A DNA stretch of 64,000 bases from positions 24,118,001 through 24,182,000 of the forward strand of contig OZ024743.1 in NCBI GenBank assembly GCA_964016885.1. Direction: 5' to 3'. This stretch comes from Eledone cirrhosa. Lineage: Eukaryota. Within the stretch, counting starts at the first letter, position 1. Every line of letters starts with the position of its first letter. Positions 1-13,319 of the stretch are shown piece by piece. The notes beneath the pieces were generated by a model. That model worked only from the letters and a program-made list of their open reading frames with translations, made no database searches and was not told where the DNA came from. The position numbers and the translations under genes are program-made.

Positions 1-52
1 TTGATCCAGAAACATTATATGGAGTAGCGAAACAATTGTAAACGGACATTAC

Positions 53-720
53 TAATATTATTATTATTGTTATTACTCTTTGAGTCTCAGTCATTGATGT
101 TAGTTAACTGGAAAGTTTGTTGAAATGAATATCAAGCCACTACCTGCAGCCTCAGATATTCAGGACGTATCGGAGGGTTCTTGCTGTTCTCAGCAAGCAT
201 GCCTTTTGAAGCGTTCCAAAAATCGTGAAGGGGCTAATTTTCTTTAACCATCCCTGGAAACTTTTTGAGATAGTCCCTAGTGCGCCTATGACAATCGGGA
301 TCACTTTGACTTCATGGCAGTTCCAAATCCTTTTTACCTCCCACTTTAAGTCCTGGTATCGGTTAATTTTCTCCCTCTCCTTGTCTTGCACTCTCGTGTC
401 GAATGGGCAGGCCACATCCACAATCAGGCACGATCTTTTTTCTTTGTCCAAAACCACCAGGTCAGGTCTATTGTGTTCCAGTTTCTTGTCCGTCTGTATC
501 CTAAAATCCCACAGCACCTTCACCTGATCGTTTTCTATCACCGCCTCTGGCTTATGCTCATACCACTTCTCAGAATGTGGGAAATTGTTTACTTTGCATA
601 GGTGCCAGTGGATCTCCCTGCCCATCACATCATGTCTCCAGCCCTTATAGTGAGTTTGGGCTAGGTGTTTACACTCGGATACAATGTGAGCCACAGTCTC
701 CTCTTTGAAGTTCCGATGAG
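53..720 (-). mobile_element. 3' end of a restriction-like-endonuclease non-LTR retrotransposon (R4/Dong-like), 5'-truncated
   Basis: ORF 152-694(-) plus upstream codons reads ETVAHIVSEC (end of CCHC knuckle), RHD, then NRPDLVVLDK..CLIVDVACPFD..EKINRY and PIVIGALG (PD-(D/E)xK RLE domain); short 3' UTR ends in a (TAA)n-like tail at ~53-75. Confidence 0.9.
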
Positions 721-726
721 CTGCTC

Positions 727-774
727 ACACTTTTATAAGAATGTTGTTGAAGTGTATATACATTTTTCGGACAC

Positions 775-778
<4 letters not shown>
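727..778 (-). mobile_element. Partial Tc1/mariner-type MITE (same family as 1081-1156)
   Basis: Reverse complement TA-CAGAGTGTCCGAAAAATGTATATACACTTCAACAACATTCTTATAAA matches 1079-1127; abuts (TA)n. Confidence 0.7.
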
Positions 779-851
<73 letters not shown>

Positions 852-1080
852 GGTCTAACAGGTTATCGTTATAGGCAGTCCACTTAGATGCGTGCTCTGA
901 TGAAAACGACTGGTTATAAACAAAGTATTGGAGATCGATTGACGCAAAATCAAGCGAGTAGCGAACTCTAGACTTACCAGATCAAAGAAACAATTCGTCA
1001 GCAATGTGAATAAAGCCCTTATTGTATAGCAAACCCATGTCACACTACTTTCTTGAATTATATATATTTATATAAACATA

Positions 1081-1289
<209 letters not shown>

Positions 1290-1412
1290 GTATATATTAA
1301 TTCAATGTAATGACAAAATTCAAAGGAATTGAAAGTAGAGGGTGAGAAGATATATACACCGAGGTAAAACATTTAACTAAAACGTATTACTTTCCTCCCT
1401 TTTATATATATA

Positions 1413-2890
1413 CTAGCAGAAGTGCCCGGCGTTGCTCGGGGCTGATGAACTGATGTATTATAATGAATATTCCATCTCGTTTGGTTTGCAGGCCTGGTAT
1501 GTCATGGTCTCTGTTAACTACGGTATATATAATCTGGTTGTAGCTAGAAAAATAGACATACCGCAGCAGGGTTTGTACCTACATAGGTGATCCCCTGTCT
1601 ATTGGACTTTCGCCTGTCCTAACTGAGGTCGTAGATGAAAGGGATAGGATAAATCACTTTTTGACAGGACAAAGAAAACGTTTGTTGGTGCCTGTTTATG
1701 TCGTGGTTTTGGGTTCAATCCCTAATTTTTTTATTCCTTACTGAAAGTACTTAATGAACCTGTGAACGTCCCTAGCAGTTAAGAATGAGAAATTGAATTG
1801 TTTCTGGCGCAATTGTACTCTCGTCATTGTTAACGAAAACTACATTGAAACACGCGCACACACACGTGTGTATTGACGGTAATACACACACACATGCTAA
1901 CGGCGACATAACATTTACCGGTTATATAAACTTTTCATGCTATATAACATCGTACTGACTACATAGCCTTTTACCTGCTACATAGCTTTACCGGCTACAT
2001 AATGAATACCGGCTACGCAATTGATCTTGTTGTTTAAGGAAGTCTGCGAATAGTGTTTTAAAAAATTATTTGTTAACTCACATGATGTGAAATGGAAGGG
2101 TAGTATTATCGCCATGAAGATTAACAACCGAAAATGAAAATAATTATGTCGTTTGATTTTACGATTGAAAGAAAATAATTGTCGCAAATTAGAATTTTTA
2201 TTTGTTAATGAAGTGTGTATGTATGGTTAGAAATCCGGCACGTGGTTAAATTGATTTAAAGTTTAATTATTCATTTCATGTGAGTGTGTGTTTGTATGTG
2301 TTTGCAAATAAATAAATCAGTTTGAAGACTCACATTTAGAATAAACGAAATTGTACGTTAATGTGGCTAATGTTTTTGTTGTTTAGTCTGTAAAGTGTAT
2401 GAGTGACAGAGTAAAACGGACAGTATCACCATCAACATGAACAATGTAAAATGAAAAGAATAGTTGTTTCAGGTTGGAAAGAGAAAGTAGCAGAAAGTAT
2501 GAAGTTGTATAGATTTTGAAGGGTAATGGAAAGAGTTTAGCAGTTGAAATGAGAGAGGTGTTGTAAAATATTGAGTTTTATCGATTTTTTGCGTAATTGT
2601 GGGTGAAATTGAAAAATATATATGTGCCATGACCCAATCGAAGCTATTTCAAATACTGAATTGTAAATTTCAATTGAAGAAATTCTATATCGTAGATTTC
2701 TATAACAAAGAAATGTGACCATACACTGAGCTTTATAGATTATGATACACTCAAAGACTTTCACTCGATTTCAGTATATAAATGCGAAGATAAGAAACAA
2801 TTAACTTCAACCAGACCATAATCAATTTAAGGCTTAAAATAAGGTAATTTCAAGTTTTGGTATGTGTTTGCATAATATAGATATAGTAGA
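1413..2890 (-). mobile_element. Non-autonomous Helitron (3' end clear, 5' end tentative)
   Basis: Minus strand ends CCCGAGCAACGCCGGG hairpin-CACTTCTG-CTAG|T, nearly identical to the terminus at 42239; candidate 5' A|TCTACTATAT at 2890. Confidence 0.55.
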
Positions 2891-2958
2891 TCTTGGTGGA
2901 GTTAAATTAACAATTTAAACTCGTGTCCCCAGAAAATCAGAAGAAAAAGTAAGAAGAC

Positions 2959-3032
2959 TGGTCAATAGGAGAATCGAACTCACAACTTTCACGTTACTAG
3001 CACAAAATATTAATCAACTGTGCTAAATGGCT
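2959..3032 (-). pseudogene. Degenerate tRNA-Ile(AAT)-like sequence
   Basis: Minus strand AGCCATTTAGCACAGTTGATTAATATTTTGTGCTAGTAACGTGAAAGTTGTGAGTTCGATTCTCCTATTGACCA aligns by eye with eukaryotic tRNA-Ile (TTAGCTCAGTTGGTTAGAGC..GTGCTAATAACG..GTTCGAT); stems are broken. Confidence 0.55.
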
Positions 3033-3126
3033 TTCTAGATATTTATCTTTAGAAATTAAGGAGTAGATCATGCATATATCCGCCGCTTCCCCAAAAGTAT
3101 TTGGAAATATATCATACACAATAGAA

Positions 3127-3395
3127 GTTCGATTCCCGGCGGCGCGTTGTATGCTTGAGCAAGGCACTTTATTTCACGTTGCTCCAGTCGACTCAGCTGT
3201 CAAAAAATGAGTTGTACCTTTAGTTCGAATGAACAGCCTTGTCACATTGTGTGTCACGCTGAATCTCCCTGAGAACTACATTAAGGGTACACGTGTCTGT
3301 GGAATGCTCAGTCAGTTGTACGTTAATTTCATGAGCAGGCTGTTCCGTTGATCGTATCAACTGGAACACTCATCGTTGTAACCGACGGAGTACCA
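3127..3395 (+). mobile_element. tRNA-derived SINE, second family (related copy at 21280-21515)
   Basis: B-box GTTCGATTCCC, then TTGAGCAAGGCACTTTATTTCACGTTGCTCCAGTCGACTCAGCTG; 3' part homologous to 21290-21510; ends in (AG)n. Confidence 0.65.
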
Positions 3396-3727
3396 GAGAG
3401 AGAGAGAAGAGATACACAATAGAGTACGTGCCTGTTTTCGAGGCGTTCTGAATATACTAAAAAACCTACTTAAGTAGATATTTAAGACAATATGTATTTT
3501 TTTTTTAATGTCTTGAGTGTAGGCGAAATCATACATTATGATCACAATAAACATAAATTCCACCTCAGAGACATTCAAACTGATAACGTAAATCTTAAAT
3601 AATAAATGAAGCGAAAGATATACCATACGTTGTTCAGACCTCTAAGTCAATCTACACAACTGAAGTAAAGGTCACTTCGTTGGTGTAGATGAGAGGCTCA
3701 CACGCACCTACACACACAGACAAATAT

Positions 3728-4010
3728 TTAAAAACACCCAAGAAACCTTCTATGAAGGTGGCCAGTTAAACTTACATACATATGTGTGTGTCTTAAGGGA
3801 TTGGGGACGGTATCGTTAAAACACCCAAGAAACCTATGACATACAACCTCGTAGGCCAGCTAAACCTGGATCGATGTGGTCTGTAACAACAGTAAACATA
3901 TGTATGTGTATTATAGGACTGGAGAGCGTATCATTAAAACACCCGAGAAACCTTTTATGACATGTAACCTCGAAGGAGCCCAGTTAAATCTACATTGTTG
4001 TGAGCTGTAA
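3728..4010. repeat. Three diverged ~90-120 bp tandem units
   Basis: AAAACACCC(A/G)AGAAACCT..TATGA..CCAG(T/C)TAAA recurs at ~3730, ~3818 and ~3936. Confidence 0.65.
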
Positions 4011-4304
4011 ATATCATTTTCATTTTTTCATTTCATTTTCATGTGTGAGTGTATGTCAGTTTCTGGGTGTATGAACGTACGTGTATGTTTATATATGTGT
4101 GCATAATATATATAAATATATACTTCATGCATGTATAGAACTTGTCCCTCATGTCTACATGTTTTGGTGTTTTGTGAATGAGGGCTTGTGTTTGTTAGTA
4201 TGTGTTTTTGACAGAGAGAATACACATATACACATATATACACATAAAAATTATGTGCACACACACACACACATATATATATATACATACGTATACATAC
4301 ACAG

Positions 4305-4336
<32 letters not shown>

Positions 4337-4444
4337 CAAACATATATATATATATATAAGTGTGTGTGTGTGTGAATCTTTGTTGGCATTTGCCGGCAAC
4401 TATGTATTTTACTTTGGAGCAATTCACAGTCGGAAGGATATAAT

Positions 4445-4740
4445 CACTTACGTTTGTTTGTTTGTTTGCTCGTTGATAATAAGAGAAAATGGCTGCGAGA
4501 TTTACGTCCTCTCGCTTCTCCCATTATAACGAGAACAACCGACACTTTCTCCGGAAGTGGCACTATCCAACTCGAGACTGACACCAAAATGGCGCTAAAG
4601 CGTCTCAAGCCCAACAAGAACGGACAAGACCTTAACGTGCAATTAGTTCGTGTTGATGCCTACTTTGAGCGGTGAATTTTTCAACCATATAATTTCCGGT
4701 TGTTTCTTTTGGTATTTCTTATGGAAATTAACAACGCCAT
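4445..4740. promoter_or_regulatory. CpG-enriched promoter-like island (possible host first exon)
   Basis: ETS motif CCGGAAGTG (~4551), YY1-like AAAATGGC at ~4486 and ~4586, minus-strand donor GTAAGTG at 4445-4451. Confidence 0.3.
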
Positions 4741-5370
4741 CTTAACAACAGACCCAACACATATACGCATACACACATATGATCACAAACACAAAAATAA
4801 ACACATAGTCAGACATATTTCAGTATAGATACACAAATGCACGCATACTCAAGTACACATGCACATAGTCCTTCACCTGTACACATGCACACATAAATAT
4901 AGACACATTCTTAAACATTCACACAAACGCATACACACACAAGCACTCACACACACACATTCGCATGTATTTAATGACTGCTAATTTCAGTTTTGCATCT
5001 GATTCAATCTAACTGAACATATATAAAGCGGCATAGACATGACTGTTTAGTAAAGAAATTCTCCTAACAATCAAACAGATCTGCAATCGATTCCACAAAG
5101 TGGTACCCGGAGCCATTGTCTTCTACCATGGCCTCTAGACGTACAAAGCCCTTGGAAGTAAAGTTGGGTTGACAGAAACTGCGTGGAGGCACATCTAATG
5201 CATTATCCTTGTTTCAGCGTGGTAGAATCGATCAGTTAGTTGGTTTAAAGACAAAACATTATTTGGAATCCCCTCTGTTGATAGCATGAGGTTAACCCAT
5301 ACACTGCTTCCAAAATATCACGAATGCCGTCCATCCGCATCTAATCGAGTAATAACATATATGTATGTAA

Positions 5371-5526
5371 GGAGTGGAATTGGTAGGCTCGTTATAACGT
5401 CAGATAGAATGCTTTGCGGTATTCGTTCCATCCCTATGCTCCCTGAGTTCAAATCCTGCCGAGGTCGACTTTGCCTTTCATCCATTCGAGGTGGATAATA
5501 AAAGAACCAGTCTAGTACTGGGGTCT
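5371..5526 (+). mobile_element. Major tRNA-derived SINE family, diverged copy
   Basis: GAGTTCAAATCCTGCCGAGGTCGACTTTGCCTTTCATCC core shared with other copies. Confidence 0.75.
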
Positions 5527-5635
5527 ATTCTTCTTCTAAATCCCTGTCTCACATCCGTTCTCTCCCTCTATATATTCTTCTCAGGAAGAAATCTGCTGTA
5601 TTCATACATGGAGAGGTTTATGTCAATACGACGCC

Positions 5636-5945
5636 CTTATAAAATATGGCAACTCAAAGACAAGAACATAGACTTCTCTCTTAAATGGAAGATACTTGAA
5701 CTATCTCAACTATATATTAATGGGCTCAAAGTATGCATAGGTCATTAAATACTCGTATCTCGCTGGCTCCCACGCCATGAAGCACTGGAATTTTTAATTA
5801 CTTTCGCGATTTTTCCTTTATTACCCCCCTTTGGTCCCTCTCCGATCTCCCTTATTTATATAAACTATTTCCGGTTCCTTTCCACCGAATCAGATTTAAA
5901 AGTTGGTCCTCCTAACCAACGAAACGTACGTTCCTGGTATGGCCT
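5636..5945 (+). mobile_element. Penelope-like element 3' fragment (GIY-YIG endonuclease C-terminus plus UTR)
   Basis: KIWQLKDKNIDFSLKWKILELSQLYINGLKVC resembles the conserved IWxLKD..IKWxI..Y..G.K.C segment of PLE GIY-YIG domains; downstream GTTGGT-loop-ACCAAC-GAAACGTACGT resembles a hammerhead 3' half. Confidence 0.65.
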
Positions 5946-5964
5946 CAATAATAATAATAATAAT

Positions 5965-6152
5965 AATTGTTTCTACTTTTGGTACAAGGCCACCAATTAC
6001 TCCAGTACATTACTAGTACTTTATTTTATCGACCCCATAAGGATGAAAGGCAAAGTTAACCTCGGCGGGATTTGAACTCAGACCTTAAAGGGCCGCAACT
6101 CTTTGCTGCAAAACACGGTGTCCGACGCTCTACCGATACTGCCAATCCACCG
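5965..6152 (-). mobile_element. Major tRNA-derived SINE
   Basis: Minus strand A-box TGGCAGTATCGGTAG, B-box GAGTTCAAATCCC, core GCCTTTCATCCTTATGGGGTCGATAAAAT, 3' AGTAGAAACAATT and (ATT)n tail. Confidence 0.85.
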
Positions 6153-6173
6153 AAAAAAAAAAAAAAAAAAAAA

Positions 6174-6268
<95 letters not shown>

Positions 6269-6349
6269 AAAGTTTTATTTAAAATTGTTGGGTTACAACA
6301 AGTAAATATTTTATAACTGATATAAAGCACTCAACAAGTTTTGGAGTAG

Positions 6350-6728
6350 ATATACGATATTAAACAAATGGAAACTATATTTATAAAACCATATTTATTT
6401 CATTATACATATTTCGGGGATACCATATTAAAAATATGGCATGCCTTCTTCAGATAAAATACAATATATAAACAGTTTTATAAATAATTTTGACGTACCA
6501 TAAATATTGATCAACTTTTATGTAAGAAGTTGGTTTGGTAGACTACCAAACCAACTTCTTACATAAAAGTTGATCAATATTTATGGTACGTCAAAATTAT
6601 TTATAAAACTGTTTATATATTGTATTTTATCTGAAGAAGGCATGCCATATTTTTAATATGGTATCCCCGAAATATGTATAATGAAATAAATATGGTTTTA
6701 TAAATATAGTTTCCATTTGTTTAATATC

Positions 6729-6734
<6 letters not shown>
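6350..6734. repeat. Apparently perfect ~385 bp palindrome (192 bp arms, 1 nt centre at 6542)
   Basis: GGTTTGGTAG-A-CTACCAAACC centre; arms look like exact reverse complements; right end abuts (TA)n. Confidence 0.9.
6617..6693 (+). ncRNA. Type I minimal hammerhead ribozyme (mirror copy at 6391-6467 on -)
   Basis: Stem I TATTTTAT/ATGAAATA; core CTGAAGA (6631); stem II ATGCCATATT/AATATGGTAT; GAAA (6669); self-complementary stem III ATATGTAT; AUA triplet. Confidence 0.7.
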
Positions 6735-7084
<350 letters not shown>

Positions 7085-7532
7085 TTTATTTATTGATGTA
7101 TAAACATGGCTGTCTTGAGCCAGAAAGTGTGGGATATATAGGTTACGCCCATAAGTTAGATACACATTATTAATCCCATCCAAAGCATGTCATTATTTGT
7201 GACCCTACGAATTGATAGGTATATACGTGTGTGGGCGGGGAGTGTCGAATGATGAGGAGTGGGGGCCAGGATCAAGATCCGGACATTGATGAGATATTTT
7301 CCTTTAAAAACCCCATAAAGAAGATACCAAGAAGAAATATAGTGCACATTTCATATATCCCAACTAAATACCCCCACAAATGCACTTTTGGCGTGAAATT
7401 CCTGCGTTTATATTCCCGGGCTGCCATTTTGTAAAATGAGTGCCGTATCATTTGTAACGACTATAGAACATGTCTGAGAGAATGTCTGTTCGTGTGTGTG
7501 TTTCTGATTGTGTGTATCTCGATAAAATATCC

Positions 7533-7871
<339 letters not shown>

Positions 7872-7962
7872 GTATGTACATACATACATATGTGTGTGTA
7901 TGGATGTGAGGTTAGGTTTTAGAACGGAATAGAGAACAAATAGAAAAATATAAATATAAGGA

Positions 7963-8010
<48 letters not shown>

Positions 8011-8202
8011 TCGGAGTAAAGTGTAACAAGAAAGACATGATAAGTCTTTCTTTTAATGAGATAGGGGAGGGGTGATGAGAGAAGATAGGATAGAGAGCCA
8101 GGCTTTGAGTGAGTTACAGCGAAAGTGTGAGAAGAAAGAGAGTTACATATAGAGAGACATTCAGAATAAGACGAGTGAGCGAGAGAGGGGTAATGTATAG
8201 AT

Positions 8203-10166
8203 ATGTTTCTTTTATTTGCCACAAGGGCATCAAAAGTGGGACAAGTACAATGGGGGGAGTTTACAAAACAAGGCGTCCTCAATAGGGAGGAGGCAATAAC
8301 AATATATAAAAATAAAATAAAATATAACAAAAAATAGAATTATAACAAAATCCTCAATAGAGGATTTTGTTATAAAATATAACAAAAAATAAAATTTATA
8401 ACAAAATCCTCAATAGAGAGGAGGCGCCTTGGGGGGTCGCACACACCCCCGAAAAAAGTGTGCAACCCTTTTCCTCAGGAGCACAGAGAAGGGGTGCTCC
8501 CTTGGTCTTTCATCTTCCTCACCTATAGTCTGATGTAGAGTGAAGGCCCATTCACACGGGCCATTCTCGCCACTTTCACCCACCTTTCATAAAAACGACT
8601 GGGGTGCAGCACCTCTCTCTCCATCCTGATCCTTCTTCCGAAATGATATCGGAAGAAACGGACCAGTTGTTGGCCAGAGAGAAAGGTGCCTGACCTCAGT
8701 CCTTTCAGACGCGTCCACCATACAACCTCTTTCGCCATGGCTATTACGCACAGAAACACCGCCTCTGCTTCATCTTTGAAGGGGGGAGGCGGCTTGATCA
8801 TTACAATAGACTCGGTGGTCAACCGGATCGGTCCCACCCTTGACAGCAGTTGTTCGACATAGCCCCACAGATCGGCTACGCCCGAGCAGTGTACCAATGC
8901 GTGTGCAACGGTTTCCTCGTCGCACACGCATCTGGGACAGATCTTTTTGGCGGGGTCCCTACCCGGGCGCCCGTGTCTGTAGAGCCTTTCTCGAACGGGT
9001 AAAGCTCCTCGGTAGCACTGCCAGGCCAGGGACTTCTGGAAGTTGTCCATAGGTCCCGGGCTGAATGTCCTATCGAACAGGCTGGCCAGTTCGTCCTCCT
9101 CCATGTCTAGGGCTTCTCCGAGGGCGTCGTCGCACCTGCTGCGTACCAGCCCTCTATAGAATGTTGCGGTGGAGTCTCCACTGATAACCGGATCCCTCTG
9201 CCAGAGGGCGGTGAGCGCCTGGGCACACTCAGTGTGCCAGGCGCCCAGTTTTCTCGGTCTTTGCTTGACCCAAGATTGCAGCTCGGTGAGTGAGACGAGT
9301 CTGGGAAAGGTTCGTCTCACAAACGAGGCCCACACCGGTTGTCCGGTGAGGAATACGTAGAGGTGCCGTAGCCTTAATGCGTGTTTACGCATCATTAGCC
9401 ACGGCATCCCCAGCCCTCCTTTCGAAGGGTGTTGACAGCAGATGGATCTCCTCACCATAGGAGCCCGCCTCTTCCAAAGGAATTGGAAGAGCGCGCGCTC
9501 CATCTTGGTGAGGGTTTCCCTTGGGCAGGGCACTACGGTCAGGCGGTAGTAGATGACGGACGCTATGTAGGTGTTCGCCACCTCCGCACGACCTTTCAGG
9601 GATAGTTTGCAACTGGCCCACTTCTGGGTCAGTGCAAACACCCTGTTCGTAACCTCCGCCCAGTTTTTCTCCACCTGGAGGTCCGGTCCGAACCAGACCC
9701 CGAGCAACTTCACCGGGCCCTCCGTCCAGCGTCCGACGACGCCATCGGAGGGCATCGGTCTGCCCCTCCACGTGCCGAGTTGCAAACCGATCGACTTGTC
9801 CCGGTTCAGCTTAGCCCCTGTGAACTTTTCGTACTCCTCCAGTAAGGTGCCGACCGCCTCGATTTCGGAGGCCGTCGACACCATTACTGTCACGTCATCG
9901 GCGTAGGCCGACACCGCTTTCCGCAGTCCCGGTTCCAAAGGGATGCCCTGCAACAACTCCAACTTCCGCAGTAGTGGCTCGAGAGTCAACACATACAGAA
10001 GGGAGGAGAGAGGGCACCCTTGTCGGATGGACCGCGCGATTTTGAACGGCTCCGAGAGGTAGCCGTTCACCTTGACCCTAGAGCAGATGCGGCTGCTGTG
10101 CATAGCAGTGATCCAGCCCCTGAAAACGGGTCCGAAGCCTGCCGCCGCTAGCACCGCATCCAGGTA
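8203..10166 (-). mobile_element. Tx1/L1-clade LINE copy 1, 5'-truncated; ORF2 segment (RT C-terminal half to CCHC finger) uninterrupted
   Basis: [35 protein letters not shown] and [18 protein letters not shown] motifs in 8523-10166; 3' UTR ending AATAAAAGAAACA-TATCTATA; nearly identical to 24580-28597. Confidence 0.95.
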
Positions 10167-10271
10167 GATAGAGAGCGAGAATAAGTTTGGAGAGCGAAGA
10201 AAATTGGATTTATCGATAGTAGTGAACGAATAGGTATGCATGTACGTTATATATCTTTGCTTGTCTGTATG

Positions 10272-10321
<50 letters not shown>

Positions 10322-10322
10322 C

Positions 10323-10420
<98 letters not shown>

Positions 10421-10599
10421 GGATGTATGCATGCATGAATCAATGATCGTATGTGATGTATTTGAGTAAGAATATTTGTGTGTGTGTTTATGTGTGTGAT
10501 GGTCCCGTAAGAAATATGATGGTGGATTACAAAAGGTCAGAAACGGTACTAGGGATTGCATACATACATACATACATACATACATACATACATACATAC

Positions 10600-11010
10600 A
10601 TGGTGGCTGCCAACTCGTTTTCGAGTACGGCCACTACTTTATATCCATGTAGGAGAACCTCTACCGATGCGCTGAACGAGTGTGACTTTTTAGTCCAGCC
10701 AGCGACTTGAAGACTCAGGTATAAACACTACACTTGTGACAATTATTGACACATAGTGCTGGGCCCATGGTACCATGTGACGACAAGTGCAGAGAGATCT
10801 CCAGATATAAAGCAATGCCTGTGCCATGAAGCTTTTATAGTGAGCAAAGGCACTGCACAAAGCCAGTCCCACTCTCTTAACCAAGACGATATTTACCAAA
10901 AAGAAGAACAATTCAACATCATTGGATACCATCAGGGTTGCAGGTGTTATATCAGAGTTTTCCTTCTCCTAGAATTGTGCCTTGACAAAGGTTAAGGGGT
11001 CATCTCTCCC
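10600..11010 (-). mobile_element. RTE-related non-autonomous retroelement/SINE (near-identical copy at 19601-20050)
   Basis: ~410 bp duplicated in the window; 5' GTCAAGGCACAATTCTAGGAGAAGGAAAACTCTGA resembles RTE-type 5' ends; (TATG)n tail. Confidence 0.65.
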
Positions 11011-11267
11011 GGCATACATACATACATGCAGCATACATACATACATACATACATACATACATACATGCAGCATACATACATACATACATACATACATACA
11101 TACATACATACATACATACATACATACGCATGCATATATATATATATTTTGAATGTTCATTGTTCAATTTTGATCTTGCAGTATATATATATGCATATGT
11201 GTATAAAATAAGACATATGTTGCTAGAATCCAAGAAAACTGAGGCAAAGGATGAACGAATGAAATTG

Positions 11268-11370
11268 CACAACAACAACAACAACAACAACAACAACAGC
11301 AACAACAACAACAACAGCAACAGCAGCAACAGCAGCAGCAACAACAACAACAACAACAACAACAACAACG
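11268..11370. repeat. (CAA)n/(CAG)n microsatellite
   Basis: Direct reading. Confidence 0.9.
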
Positions 11371-11687
11371 CCGCTAATCACAAAAAAACTAGAAATATTT
11401 ACAGTAACAAGTAGAACAACAGTAGTGAGCCAATGAGGAGCCCCTTTGTGGTTACTCGGCCTCTTAGAAATAGTAGCTAAGTCACTCTTAAAGCACCCGC
11501 CAAAGAAACGGGTGCGTTTGATGTGAGCCTGGATTCCTTGCACACAGGGAATAGACATGATAAATAACCACCGTTGGGCTGCTTCTGATTCTAGTTTGTC
11601 TCAGTCATGGCTGACCTAGGGCTAAACAACAGCAACAACAGCAATAACAAAAATCAGCAACAATTCTAAACAGAAACGTCACATTAG

Positions 11688-11900
11688 ATAATTGTTTCTA
11701 TTTTAGGCCCAAGGCCAGCAATTTGAAGGGGGAGGGGAAAGTCAATTAAATCGACCGCAGTGCATTACTGGTACTTTATTTTATCGATCCCGTAAGGATG
11801 AAAGGCAAAGCTAACCTCGACGGGATTTGAACTCAGAACGTAAAGGGCCGTAACTCTATGCCGCAAAGCATGGTGTCTGACGCTCTACCGATACTGCCAC
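11688..11900 (-). mobile_element. Major tRNA-derived SINE
   Basis: Same A/B boxes and core as the other copies, long 3' variant. Confidence 0.85.
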
Positions 11901-12029
11901 AATAATGTCATCGTGGAGCTCCACTACAAACACGGGGCGGACACTGTTGCAAGTCTTTCCATTATGACCCTACCAGAGTCATTAACATCATCATCATCAC
12001 CAACACAAGCAGCAAAGTATAATGAAGAA

Positions 12030-12179
12030 ATTACATCCTCCTCCTCCTCCTCCTCATTGTCATCATGACCACAACACTGACACCTATGATACCACCACCA
12101 CCACCACCACCACCATCACCAACAACAACAACAACAACAATAACCCCCCCCCCCCCAAACCGCCGCCACCACCACCACC

Positions 12180-12211
<32 letters not shown>

Positions 12212-12885
12212 CAACCGCACCACAACCACCACCACCACCACCACCACCACTACCACCACCAACAACAACAACAACAACCGTAACATCACCACCACCACCA
12301 CCACTACCACCACCACCACCACCACCAACAAGAACAACAACAGTACCACCACCAACAACAGTAATAACAACATCACCACCACCACCACCACCACCCCCAT
12401 CACCACCACCACCACCACCACCACCAACAACAACAACCGTAACAACAACAGCACCACCACCCCCATCACCACCACCACCACCACCACCAACAACAACAAC
12501 AACCGTAACAACAACAGCACCACCACTACCATCACCACCACCACCACCAACAACAACCGTAACAACAACAGCACCACCACCCCCATCACCACCACCACCA
12601 CCACCACCACCAACAACAACAACAACCGTAACAACAACAGCACCACCACTACCATCACCACCACCACCACCAACAACAACCGTAACAACAACAGCACCAC
12701 CACTACCATCACCACCACCACCACCAACAACAACCGTAACAACAACAGCACCACCACCCCCATCACCACCACCACCACCACCACCAACAACAACAACAAC
12801 CGTAACAACAACATCACCACCACCACCACCACCACCACCAACAACAGCAACACCACCACCGACAACAACAGTAACAACAACAACA
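12030..12885. repeat. (CCA)n/(CAA)n compound repeat with ~54-66 bp higher-order units
   Basis: Unit ACAACCGTAACAACAACAGCACCACC..CCATCACCACC recurs about 7 times. Confidence 0.9.
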
Positions 12886-13319
12886 GAGGTAGCAGCAATG
12901 GCAGCCAGCAGTAGTAGTAGTAGCAGCAACAGTCATAACTCGACCCAAAATGCCACGCAACCCTGAAATCAAACCAAACGCCGAATTCAATCCTCTCAGA
13001 AAAAACATTGACGAATGAAGCAATGAAGTGTTGTAGATGTGTCAGAATCTATAAAGCTCCTTATAGACATGTCCATATAACTTTCCCAGTAGTCTGTCAA
13101 AAACTAAAACACAACCTTTGAATGATGAGTGTGAAATGAACAGATCGTGTGCAACTGAACCAATAGGTGGCGCTAGTTTCGATTCGGAATTCTATTTTAC
13201 TTATTTTTTTTTTATGGCGGGGTTGGCTGGGAGGGAATGAGGGCGAGGGTCTCTTTATTTATTATTTGTTTTTACTTGTATTTTGTTTTGTTTTATTTTT
13301 GCTTGTTGGATGAAGACTG

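Noticed and set aside
890-935. CTGATGA..TAAACAAAGTA hammerhead-like string
   Set aside because: GAAA absent and stem I cannot be paired
10167-10436. N-terminal 90 aa of the 637 aa ORF
   Set aside because: (TA)n and flank fused in frame by chance; homology to the other Tx1 copies stops at ~10166
12022-12966. 314 aa Pro/Thr-rich extensin/mucin-like ORF
   Set aside because: Translation of a CCA/ACA repeat with no codon diversity, signal peptide or splice evidence
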